Notes under the pieces: generated by a model
What the model was told of the DNA's origin: nothing
Databases searched by the model: none
The model's input: only the letters and a program-made list of their open reading frames with translations
Shown: positions 27,602-35,436 of the stretch, in pieces
How positions within the stretch are numbered: the stretch's first letter is position 1
How the letters are laid out: every line of letters begins with the position of its first letter
Origin: an uncultured Alphaproteobacteria bacterium
Lineage (GTDB): Bacteria; Pseudomonadota; Alphaproteobacteria; Rs-D84
Direction: 5' to 3'
Assembly (NCBI GenBank): GCA_904502245.1
Contig: CAJGDN010000001.1
Location: 1 to 56,729 of the forward strand
Length of the DNA: 56,729 nucleotides
Translations under genes and position numbers: made by a program

Positions 27602-27707
27602 ATTTGTCACAATTTTTTTTGTTGCAGTCGGCTTTTTTATCGCACATATCGTTATTCATATTAGAACAGTTTTTGCATTTACAGCCTTTGTTTTCTGTTT
27701 TTGACAT
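27600..27707 (-). CDS. 35-aa Cys/Lys-rich peptide (metallothionein-like composition)
   Basis: MSKTENKGCKCKNCSNMNNDMCDKKADCNKKNCDK. ATG at 27707 with AAAGGAAA 7 nt upstream. The stop overlaps the terminator. 6 Cys, including CxCxxC. Below the ORF-track cutoff. Confidence 0.4.
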   Translation of the reverse strand: MSKTENKGCKCKNCSNMNNDMCDKKADCNKKNCDK

Positions 27708-27813
27708 TTTGTTTCCTTTTGTTGTTTATGTTTATTTGATTTAGTCCGGACGTATTAATAATATATTGCCATGGGGTGCCAGGACAATACGTGCCTTTTC
27801 CTAAAAAAAGTAT

Positions 27814-27842
27814 TTGTATTTTTTTAAAGGCTGAATTATTAT
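27814..27842 (+). promoter_or_regulatory. sigma-70-like promoter TTGTAT-17-TATTAT for tRNA-Pro
   Basis: Hexamers at 27814-27819 and 27837-27842. The tRNA starts 13 nt downstream. Confidence 0.4.
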
Positions 27843-27854
27843 GTCTGGCGTTGT

Positions 27855-27931
27855 CGGGGTGTAGCTCAGCCTGGTAGAGTACTTGCATGGGGTGCAAGGG
27901 GTCGCAGGTTCGAATCCTGTCACCCCGACCA
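27855..27931 (+). tRNA. tRNA-Pro(GGG), CCA encoded
   Basis: cggggtg-TA-gctc-agcctggta-gagt-A-cttgc-AU-GGG-GU-gcaag-gggtc-gcagg-ttcgaat-cctgt-caccccg-A-CCA. The cloverleaf is complete. Confidence 0.92.
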
Positions 27932-27942
27932 TAAGAATTTAA

Positions 27943-27965
27943 ACGGGCAAATGGCCCGTTTTTTA
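27943..27965 (+). terminator. tRNA-Pro terminator
   Basis: acgggc-aaatg-gcccgt followed by T6. Confidence 0.75.
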
Positions 27966-28039
27966 TATGTTTGACATTCGATAAAACATGGTGTATTTTT
28001 TGTATGAAAAAATAATTTGTCAAGCGCTTAGGGTTAAAA

Positions 28040-28876
28040 ATGGTAAAAAGTGAATATTTAAATCCAGAGTTTATGTATAAATTTATAAATTCTTGGTGTA
28101 AAGCTGATAATTGGATATTGTATGATTTTACGTTTGGTAAGTTAAAGTACAAAGGGCGTATCAGACCATTGGTCTTTAGAAATCGTCACGGATATAATAT
28201 GGTGTACAGATTTAAAATCTATAAGTTGCCAGATGGTGTCAGTATGCCTGCCTGTGTGCGTGACCAAGATTTAGAAGAAAAGTTAGATTGGCGTGATGTT
28301 TATTTTGATATAATGAACGAAACGCTTGTGGAACATGATGACAGGGTTTTGTCTTTTTATGAATTTCCAGAGTCCTTTAAATTGGAAGATCGACAATTTA
28401 ATGCGGTCTATCACAACTCAAACGTTTTAACCTCTTGTTATGGTGGTGCACGTAATTGTAAAACTTTGCGGGATTATATGCAGACTATGGGTATAAAAGC
28501 ACAAAACTTGTTTGATATAAACAGTTTGCTTTGTAATATTCTTCCAAAAAAACAACAGGAATTGTTTCCTTTGCGTTTCTTTTTTAAGTCGGGGCAGGAT
28601 GCAACAAAAAATATTAGAAATATTTTGAATGCCTTGCATGACTGCAAAGATTTTATTCGGTTGGAACGTGAATGGTCTGTCTATGTAATTCATAAGCAGG
28701 ATAAGGACTTTTTCAGATTACCTATTCATAATCCAGAAATTCCAATTTGTTATGTTGATGATACGGCAGATAATGTTGGTGCGACAACACAGGATTTGTT
28801 CGCAAAGTCGTCTTTTAATGCTGCGTTGAATATTAATGATTATTTTAAAAAATTATCTAAATATGGGCAAAGATGA
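28040..28876 (+). CDS. hypothetical protein (278 aa), no signal peptide, no recognised family
   Basis: Long ORF with ATG start, directly downstream of tRNA-Pro. MVKSEYLNPEFMYKFINSWCKADNWILYDF... Confidence 0.55.
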   Translation: MVKSEYLNPEFMYKFINSWCKADNWILYDFTFGKLKYKGRIRPLVFRNRHGYNMVYRFKIYKLPDGVSMPACVRDQDLEEKLDWRDVYFDIMNETLVEHDDRVLSFYEFPESFKLEDRQFNAVYHNSNVLTSCYGGARNCKTLRDYMQTMGIKAQNLFDINSLLCNILPKKQQELFPLRFFFKSGQDATKNIRNILNALHDCKDFIRLEREWSVYVIHKQDKDFFRLPIHNPEIPICYVDDTADNVGATTQDLFAKSSFNAALNINDYFKKLSKYGQR

Positions 28877-28895
28877 TTTAGGTGTGGTCGTTTAG

Positions 28896-29627
28896 ATGAT
28901 TAAAAATGGTGATTTGTTTACAGTTAATGATTTAAAAGATTCTGTGCATCAGGTTACGGATGTTGACTGGCGTTGTATTAAGAACGCACGGATGTCACCC
29001 CAGGAATATGCAAATAAAAATATCGAGTTGTATCAAGATATAAAATCCAGCGCAGTTGTTTTGGATAATAGTTTGCGTGACGCAGGATTCCGTACAACAT
29101 ATAAATTTTCATATAATTATAATATTCCAGGGTTAACCAGCGATGAAATTGTTAATGATGCATATAAATTAGAATTTATCTATAAGATTGCATGTCAATA
29201 TATTCAACAGAAAAATCGATTCCCCGGTGCCACGATTTTTGATAATGCAGCACGTGTGTCTTATTATTATGCGCAATATATTTGGGCGGCGAATCCGTCT
29301 GTTCGATTTGATTATCCAGAAAGACTTGAAATATATCGCGATTGGGGACGTGTTTTATGTTTTTTGTTGGGGGTTGGTTTTAAATTTCATCCGTGTGATG
29401 TATACGAATTCGTAATTCGATTTAATAATTCAAATTTAAACGCAACAGAATTACAGGCAGAACGTCGAAAACAACAGGCTTTCAAGGACTGGTGTGCGTG
29501 TCGGGGTGTTGATACCGGATGTTTAGTTTTGTCTGATGCGCATCGTGATAAATTGCGCAAAATTATAAATAAAACTGATGTGCCGTATTTTTTGCAATTG
29601 TTGTCGGTGCCATTTAAAAAGCGTTAG
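28896..29627 (+). CDS. hypothetical protein (243 aa), no signal peptide, no recognised family
   Basis: ATG at 28896 with AGGTGTGG upstream, 19 nt after the previous stop. MIKNGDLFTVNDLKDSVHQVTDVDWRCIKN... Confidence 0.55.
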   Translation: MIKNGDLFTVNDLKDSVHQVTDVDWRCIKNARMSPQEYANKNIELYQDIKSSAVVLDNSLRDAGFRTTYKFSYNYNIPGLTSDEIVNDAYKLEFIYKIACQYIQQKNRFPGATIFDNAARVSYYYAQYIWAANPSVRFDYPERLEIYRDWGRVLCFLLGVGFKFHPCDVYEFVIRFNNSNLNATELQAERRKQQAFKDWCACRGVDTGCLVLSDAHRDKLRKIINKTDVPYFLQLLSVPFKKR

Positions 29628-30091
29628 TTTTCGGGTTGCGTGGGTGCGCAATTTTCAGAGATTAAATCATTAATATGTATTTTCATGGCGTATGCGCGCG
29701 CAGCAGGTACGGCGCATGGATCACAATCTTGTCTGATTTGACCGGCGTGGCATGTGAATGCAATGTCTTCGCATATACCGTAAGTTTGGCTTTTAAATGG
29801 TTGATTAAGGTAGTTTGTGGCAATTACCCAGTATTTTTCGGGAACTGCACGTGGGTTTAGTGTCCACATTTGTGTAACGATTTCGTTTACGCGTTGGACG
29901 CAGGGATCGCTGTTTTTTACATGAATTATGTTTTGCGATATGTTATTGGATGGTGTGTTGTTATTTCTGGTTATCATTATCCATGCGATTATTGATATAC
30001 ACAAACCTGTAACCAGAAATAATAAAATGTAATGTGCAATTGTAAATGCGCTGGTGTTCTGTTTGAATTTCTTTTCGACTTTTTTTGCCAT
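29624..30091 (-). CDS. membrane-anchored protein, Cys-containing extracytoplasmic domain, unknown function
   Basis: ATG at 30091 (MAKKVEKKF) has AAAAGG 8 nt upstream. TM segment FTIAHYILLFLVTGLCISIIAWIMI. 7 Cys in the C-terminal domain. Its stop codon overlaps the convergent stop of the 28896 gene. Confidence 0.5.
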   Translation of the reverse strand: MAKKVEKKFKQNTSAFTIAHYILLFLVTGLCISIIAWIMITRNNNTPSNNISQNIIHVKNSDPCVQRVNEIVTQMWTLNPRAVPEKYWVIATNYLNQPFKSQTYGICEDIAFTCHAGQIRQDCDPCAVPAARAYAMKIHINDLISENCAPTQPEN

Positions 30092-30227
30092 GATTTTGCC
30101 TTTTGGGTGTTGGTTAGATTTTAGCATGTGTATGGGGTAAAAAATATGGTTTTATATTCCCAGATTTTATTGATTTTTTTTTGTTATTGATTTAGACTGA
30201 TTGCAACAGAATCAAAAGGAGGATGCC

Positions 30228-31112
30228 ATGTTTATAACTGAAAAATTAAAGACATTCTCGTGGGTTAATGTTGGAAACCCTGATCATGAAGATTTTGAAA
30301 AATTGCAGAATGAATATAAAATTGATGAAGATACGATATCTGATATTTTGGATCCAGATGAACAGCCGCGCCTGGAAATCGAAGATGATTACAAGGTTAT
30401 AATTGTACGTTTCCCAATTATTAATCGCGAATCGGATACGTTGTGGCATACAGAACCGTTGTCTATTATTTATTCTGCGAATCGGGTTATTACGGTTTGT
30501 CGTAAAAGATGTGATTTGTTGGACAGAATAAAAAAATCTGAAAAGACGTCGCGTGAAGAATTTATCTTGAATATTATCTATTATATTGCGGAATCTTATC
30601 TGCGAATGTTAAAGGAATTGAATAAGCGTGTTGTTGCATCAAAACATGTGTTGTTGGAACGTATTCGTAAGAAAGAATTAATGGATTTGTTAGAAGTAGA
30701 AAACAGTTATACATTATATATGGCAGGTATTCGTGGTAATGTGGCAGTGCTAGATAAATTGGAAAAAGTACGTGGATTTGTAAAGACTGATGATGCACAA
30801 GAATTGGCTGAGGATGCACGGATTGAGTTGGCGCAGGCAACCGAAGTTGTGACATCATATAGTAAAATGTTGAAATCTATTAAGGAGACGTTCGAAAGTG
30901 TTATTAATATGGACTCAAATACGAACATTAATCGTTTGACCATGTGGAATATTATCTTGGTCGTGCCAACAGTGATAGTCGGATATTATGGAATGAATGT
31001 AGATTTGCCATTCGCAGAACATCAAGACGTCGCAACAGCAATATTTATATTTATTATGGTATTGTTGTTGGGGTTTGCGTTGTTTGGTTTGATACGTCGC
31101 AGGATTGTTTAA
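30228..31112 (+). CDS. corA: CorA-family magnesium/cobalt transporter
   Basis: ATG at 30228 after AAAAGGAGGA. C-terminal two TM helices with the YGMNV motif (VGYYGMNVDLPF). Confidence 0.85.
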   Translation: MFITEKLKTFSWVNVGNPDHEDFEKLQNEYKIDEDTISDILDPDEQPRLEIEDDYKVIIVRFPIINRESDTLWHTEPLSIIYSANRVITVCRKRCDLLDRIKKSEKTSREEFILNIIYYIAESYLRMLKELNKRVVASKHVLLERIRKKELMDLLEVENSYTLYMAGIRGNVAVLDKLEKVRGFVKTDDAQELAEDARIELAQATEVVTSYSKMLKSIKETFESVINMDSNTNINRLTMWNIILVVPTVIVGYYGMNVDLPFAEHQDVATAIFIFIMVLLLGFALFGLIRRRIV

Positions 31113-31139
31113 AAAAAACGCCCGTTTGGGCGCTTTTTA
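31111..31139. terminator. bidirectional terminator (corA / virB11-like operon)
   Basis: A8 - cgccc-gttt-gggcg - cT5. Confidence 0.7.
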
Positions 31140-31349
31140 TTTTGTTTTTTGTTTTGAAAATGCGTTGTTGATTTTATCGATACAATTAAAAAAAACATCG
31201 ATTATGCAATATTCGTTCAGGCGTTCTTCTTCGCGAATGCGTGCATATTCTTGTTTTTCTTCGGCATATTTTTTTAAACGTTCTTTCATTGTTGTGCCAG
31301 GAATATTAATGTTTGGGTCAGTTATTATTGGTCGTTTGTATTTTGACAT
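31137..31349 (-). CDS. small Lys/Glu-rich protein (70 aa) co-transcribed with the VirB11-like ATPase
   Basis: ATG at 31349 preceded by TAAGGAAAAATT, 14 nt after the ATPase stop. MSKYKRPIITDPNINIPGTTMKERLKKYAEEKQEYARIREEE... Confidence 0.45.
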   Translation of the reverse strand: MSKYKRPIITDPNINIPGTTMKERLKKYAEEKQEYARIREEERLNEYCIIDVFFNCIDKINNAFSKQKTK

Positions 31350-31363
31350 AATTTTTCCTTAAT

Positions 31364-32323
31364 TTATACTACTTCGGTTACTGCACGCAGTGCGCCATCG
31401 CGTGATAATTGTACAACACGAATTTTCTTTTTCATTTCGTTTATTAAATCTGTGCGGTCATATGCCGGTTGGGTATGCAAAATGCGATCTGCAAATGCGG
31501 CATAGGCGGCTTCTGCACTTTCGGCGTGGATTGTTGTATAGAAATGATCGTGACCAGTTCCTAACATTTCCCACAAAATTGCCGCGTTGTCGGTTGATAT
31601 TTCGCCCCCAATAATAACGTCGGGTGTCATGCGTACAACCAAATCCAGCAGGCGTGCGTAGTTAAAGTTATTAGACTGTTCCGTTCGTGACAGTATAAAG
31701 TGAACCCGATTCGCCTGGGGAACACGGATTTCGCGTGCGTCTTCGACAGTTATAACACGACTGTTTTTGTTAATCAATGTTAACATGTGATTTAAAAATG
31801 TTGTTTTCCCCGTAGCGGTTGCACCTGATATTAAAATCGGACTGCCGTCACTGATGGCTGTCATTAATCGGTCGTATGGATCGTCAGGGCGAATGTTTTC
31901 GCGTGGCTTTACCTTTAATAATTCTTGACCACGTTTCAGGTGATAGTTTTCAAAGCTGGTATCATGGGCGCCACCACCACGAATGTTTAATGCTACACCA
32001 CCGGTTATATCACGTTCGTCATATTGAACATTTGGACCAGCAATTGCAGTAAAGCGGTGATTGCCCGGCAGGGTAGCGTATACTACTGGTGTCCCATGAA
32101 TTGGATCAAATGGGCGTTCGTAGATATTTGCGACAGTATGTATCAGGTCAATCAGGTATTGTTTGCTTAATACTTCTGCCTGGTATGATACCCATGGTAC
32201 GCGTGCACCGTGCAGGCGCATCCATACTTCACCGGCGTGGTTAATTGCAATTTCTTCTACAAACGATGGTTTGTAAAATTCTTCCAGTGGTTTTAGTAAA
32301 GATTCAAGAACTATGTTTGACAT
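31364..32323 (-). CDS. VirB11/TrbB-family type IV secretion ATPase (orphan)
   Basis: EEIAINHAGEVWMR (VirB11 N-domain), Walker A ISGATATGKTTFLN, VITVEDAREI, Walker B/Glu box DVIIGGEI, His box TGHDHFYTTIHAES. Start taken at ATG 32323. Confidence 0.8.
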   Translation of the reverse strand: MSNIVLESLLKPLEEFYKPSFVEEIAINHAGEVWMRLHGARVPWVSYQAEVLSKQYLIDLIHTVANIYERPFDPIHGTPVVYATLPGNHRFTAIAGPNVQYDERDITGGVALNIRGGGAHDTSFENYHLKRGQELLKVKPRENIRPDDPYDRLMTAISDGSPILISGATATGKTTFLNHMLTLINKNSRVITVEDAREIRVPQANRVHFILSRTEQSNNFNYARLLDLVVRMTPDVIIGGEISTDNAAILWEMLGTGHDHFYTTIHAESAEAAYAAFADRILHTQPAYDRTDLINEMKKKIRVVQLSRDGALRAVTEVV

Positions 32324-32401
32324 TAAGGTAATTTTACCATAAATCGTGACTTGAATCAAAAAGGTTTATTTGTTAAAATCAAAAAAAAGAGAGAAAAAGA
32401 T

Positions 32402-32962
32402 ATGAAAAAATCGTTTTTGTTTATGCTGTTGGGTGTTTTGGTTCTGGCAGGTTGTACCGGGATGGATGCACCATATAATGTCCAGGATTTTGCCCAAGGT
32501 GGTGAAGATGCACCATTGTATAATGAACGCACCAGTTCTTTTATGCAGTCTGATAATCAATATGCAAATATCGATTCGTATAAGCCAAAGACAGCCGAAG
32601 AAAAAGAAAGAAATTCAAATCGTTGGAACACTTCCCGTATGGAAACCCGTTGGCAGGAATACAAAGGTGCAATGGTTCGTGTCCAGATTTTGTTGGGAAA
32701 TACTGATTTAAGAGAAATGCGTTTGCGCTTGATGCAAAATGCAGATGGTATGGATATTGATGGCGATTCGCGGACTGTTTTGGCGGCGGTTGCAGATTAT
32801 GAAATGAAACGTGTTTGTGGACGTAATGCTGACAGTATTGTGATGGTGTATGATCAGCCGTCGTTTGATGCAATGCGTCCAACACCATATTTTGATTACA
32901 GAATAGAGGCTGAAGGTGCAACTATGCGCGAATATGGTTTCAGATGTGTTTACAATAATTAA
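32402..32962 (+). CDS. lipoprotein, unknown function
   Basis: ATG at 32402 gives MKKSFLFMLLGVLVLAGC (lipobox). 186 aa. Confidence 0.6.
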   Translation: MKKSFLFMLLGVLVLAGCTGMDAPYNVQDFAQGGEDAPLYNERTSSFMQSDNQYANIDSYKPKTAEEKERNSNRWNTSRMETRWQEYKGAMVRVQILLGNTDLREMRLRLMQNADGMDIDGDSRTVLAAVADYEMKRVCGRNADSIVMVYDQPSFDAMRPTPYFDYRIEAEGATMREYGFRCVYNN

Positions 32963-32983
32963 CATAAGCAAAAGGAAAGAAAA

Positions 32984-33316
32984 ATGAAAAAATTGGCATC
33001 AGTTATGGGGGTATTAGCAATGTTGGGATTGGCAGGTTGTGGTGAAAAAACACCAGTTGCAGAAAATGGTGATACGGTTGTAATTAATTTTGCGGGCTTC
33101 TTGGATGGGGTTCAGTTCCCAGGTGGTACAGCAGAGAACTTTCCATTGAAATTGGGCAGCGGTCAGTTCGTCCCAGGTTTTGAAGACCAGGTTATTGGTA
33201 TGAGTGAAGGTGAAGAACGTGATATCAATATTACATTCCCAACAGAATATGTTCCTGATTTGGCAGGAAAATCTGTTGTGTTCAAGGTAAAGGTTGTTGA
33301 TATCTTGGAAAAATAA
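32984..33316 (+). CDS. lipoprotein consisting of a trigger-factor-type FKBP PPIase domain
   Basis: Lipobox LGLAGC. GDTVVINFAGFLDGVQFPGGTAENFPLKLGSGQFVPGFEDQVIGMSEGEERDINITFPTEY...GKSVVFKVKV closely parallels the trigger factor PPIase domain ([38 protein letters not shown].G...GEE..I.V.FPEEY). Confidence 0.75.
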   Translation: MKKLASVMGVLAMLGLAGCGEKTPVAENGDTVVINFAGFLDGVQFPGGTAENFPLKLGSGQFVPGFEDQVIGMSEGEERDINITFPTEYVPDLAGKSVVFKVKVVDILEK

Positions 33317-33335
33317 TTTGGATTTACACAGATTT

Positions 33336-33358
33336 ACGCCCCAGTCGGGGCGTTTTTT
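33336..33358 (+). terminator. intrinsic terminator
   Basis: acgcccc-agtc-ggggcgt followed by T6. Confidence 0.8.
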
Positions 33359-33467
33359 GTTTGCTGTATTTAAAAAATACTTGATTTTTGTTGAAAAAAC
33401 GTCATAATTTGTGGCGTTCCTGCTGATGGCATGGGGTCATCGGCTGATAAACCATAGGAAAATAAAA

Positions 33468-33806
33468 ATGGCTTACTATGACAGTGTACTGGTTTTCCGC
33501 CAGGACTTGACTGAACCGCAGGTGAAAGAAAAAGCGGCGAAGTTTGCAGAAATCATCAAAGAATTGGGTGGTGATGTTAAAGCAACAGAATTCTGGGGCT
33601 TGAAGAATTTGGCATATATCATCCGTAAAAATCGCAAGGCACACTATGTTATGTTAAACATTGAATTGCCTGGCAGTCAAATCACAGAATTGGAACGTCG
33701 TTCACGCATTGACGAAGACGTTATCCGTTTCTTGAACGTTCGTGTTGATGAATTGTCATCTACACCTTCTATCATGATGAAAAAGAATACAGAGGAGGCA
33801 GAATAA
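33468..33806 (+). CDS. rpsF: 30S ribosomal protein S6
   Basis: ATG at 33468 gives [19 protein letters not shown]...[22 protein letters not shown]. Confidence 0.9.
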   Translation: MAYYDSVLVFRQDLTEPQVKEKAAKFAEIIKELGGDVKATEFWGLKNLAYIIRKNRKAHYVMLNIELPGSQITELERRSRIDEDVIRFLNVRVDELSSTPSIMMKKNTEEAE

Positions 33807-34033
33807 TGGCAGTTCGTGCAGCAATTTATCGTAAAAAATCAAACCCATTAAAGGGCAAGGTTATTGATTATAAAGATGTTAAGACTTTGTCACATTATAT
33901 CACAGAACGTGGTAAAATTGTGCCAAGTCGTATCAGTGGTGTTTCCCAGAAAGATCAGCGCGCATTAGCAACTGCTATTAAACGTGCACGTCATTTGGGA
34001 TTGATGCCATTCGTTCGCAACAATCTGGGCTAA
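33806..34033 (+). CDS. rpsR: 30S ribosomal protein S18
   Basis: [50 protein letters not shown]. Its start overlaps the rpsF stop (TAATG). Confidence 0.9.
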   Translation: MAVRAAIYRKKSNPLKGKVIDYKDVKTLSHYITERGKIVPSRISGVSQKDQRALATAIKRARHLGLMPFVRNNLG

Positions 34034-34043
34034 AAATAAATTC

Positions 34044-34123
34044 TGTGGTTGTTGGTTGTGTTTGTTGGTTCTTATGTAGCATTTGTACACGGCGAACCAT
34101 CAAACACTTCCCATCACTGCACA
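34044..34123 (+). other. long imperfect hairpin in the rpsR-rplI spacer
   Basis: Left arm 34044-34071 (tgtggttgttggttgtgtttgttggttc) pairs with right arm 34094-34123 (gaaccatcaaacacttcccatcactgcaca). The inner 14 positions have 13 Watson-Crick pairs. The loop is 22 nt. Confidence 0.4.
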
Positions 34124-34196
34124 TAATTTATTTTTAATTACATCCATATAGATATTTGGGATTTTCCCTAACTTATAAAAACTAAGGACAGATAAA

Positions 34197-34790
34197 ATGA
34201 AAGTTATTTTAACAGAAAAAATTACAAAGCTGGGTAATATCGGTGATGCAGTAGAAGTTAAAACAGGTTATGCACGTAATTACCTGTTGCCAAACTGCAA
34301 GGCAATGCGTTTCACACGTGAAAATGTTGCATTGTTCGAAGCGAAAAAGGCAGAATTGACTGCGCGTCAGGAAGCTGCTAAGAAATCAGCAGAATCAAAT
34401 GTTGATGCAGTTAAAAATGCAAAACTGTATATGATTCGCCAGGCGGGTGATACAGGCCAATTGTATGGTTCTGTTTCAACACGTGATATTGCACGTATGT
34501 TGAAAGAAGTTGCAAATGTTTCTGTTGAATCTGCACAGGTTATGTTGGGTGCGCCAATTAAAACAGTTGGTGTTTTCGAAACACAGATTGCATTGCATCC
34601 AGATGTTATTGTCCCTGTGAAGATTTATGTTGCACAGTCACAAGACGAAATCGAAGCATTGGTTGCAGGTAAATCTTTGACATTCGGTACCAAAAAGGTA
34701 GAAGAAGTTGAAGAAGCACCAGTTGCTGAAGCAGCAGAAGAAAAAGCAGAAGAAGTTGTTGCAGAAGCAGCGGCGACAGATGCAGAATAA
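34197..34790 (+). CDS. rplI: 50S ribosomal protein L9 with acidic Ala/Glu-rich tail
   Basis: MKVILTEKITKLGNIGDAVEVKTGYARNYLLPN is the L9 signature. Confidence 0.9.
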   Translation: MKVILTEKITKLGNIGDAVEVKTGYARNYLLPNCKAMRFTRENVALFEAKKAELTARQEAAKKSAESNVDAVKNAKLYMIRQAGDTGQLYGSVSTRDIARMLKEVANVSVESAQVMLGAPIKTVGVFETQIALHPDVIVPVKIYVAQSQDEIEALVAGKSLTFGTKKVEEVEEAPVAEAAEEKAEEVVAEAAATDAE

Positions 34791-34812
34791 TTTTTCTGTG
34801 ATGAAAATAAGA

Positions 34813-34845
34813 ACATCCCCCTTTGTTATGGGGATGTTTTTTTAT
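34813..34845 (+). terminator. rplI intrinsic terminator
   Basis: acatcccc-(9 nt)-ggggatgt followed by T7. Confidence 0.7.
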
Positions 34846-34865
34846 TGTGTGTTTGGATTTGTGTA

Positions 34866-34897
34866 TAAAAAAAATCCCCAGTTGGGGGATTTTTTTA
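34866..34897. terminator. bidirectional hairpin at the ssb stop
   Basis: A9 - atcccc-agttg-ggggat - T6. The T-run overlaps the ssb stop codon. Confidence 0.7.
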
Positions 34898-35350
34898 GAA
34901 TGGAATGTCGTCGCCAATGTCTGCCACAGATATTTCTTCGCGTGGGGCAGATGATGGGGCCGCGGCCGTATATTCAGAACCGGCACCATCCATTGTTTTT
35001 GCGCCTGACAAAATTACCATTTGGCCACCAAATGGATTCAGGACAACTTCGGTCGTAAATACGTCTGCGCCACTTTGGTTTTGCCATTTGCGTGTGCGCA
35101 GTGAACCTTCTAGGTATAATTTTGTTCCTTTTTGCAACATGCGTTCGGCAACATCAACTAAATTTGGGTTGAAAATTACAACGCGATGCCATTCTGTTTG
35201 TTCTTTTTGTTCGCCAGTTGCGCGGTCGCGCCATCTGTCAGATGTTGCCAGGGAAAAACTTACTACTTTCTGACCACTGCCCATTGTACGAACCTGGGGT
35301 TCTTGGCCAATATTGCCGACCAAGATGACTTTATTGATGCTTCCTGCCAT
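34895..35350 (-). CDS. ssb: single-stranded DNA-binding protein
   Basis: [22 protein letters not shown]...WHRVVIF OB fold and the C-terminal acidic tip DDIPF. Confidence 0.92.
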   Translation of the reverse strand: MAGSINKVILVGNIGQEPQVRTMGSGQKVVSFSLATSDRWRDRATGEQKEQTEWHRVVIFNPNLVDVAERMLQKGTKLYLEGSLRTRKWQNQSGADVFTTEVVLNPFGGQMVILSGAKTMDGAGSEYTAAAPSSAPREEISVADIGDDIPF

Positions 35351-35436
35351 GTCACTTCCTTTTTTTGTTTTAATTATCTATGACTGATTTGACCAATAAA
35401 GATATAAAAAAGCAAGGTGTTTTTATCGTGTTTTTG

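Noticed and set aside
27679-28152. 157-aa minus-strand ORF
   Set aside because: It runs antisense through tRNA-Pro(GGG), its promoter and its terminator, so it is spurious.
27931-30227. Classical integrative genomic island at tRNA-Pro
   Set aside because: There is no integrase or recombinase, no direct repeat of the tRNA 3' end and no mobility genes. It is kept only as 'orphan genes next to a tRNA' in the findings.
33381-33467. rpsF leader as an S6:S18 autoregulatory RNA
   Set aside because: A candidate TTGATT-16-CATAAT promoter and a GC-rich leader (cctgctgatggcatggggtcatcggctg) are present. I could not match the leader to the known rpsF leader structure by eye, so the evidence is too weak to report as a feature.
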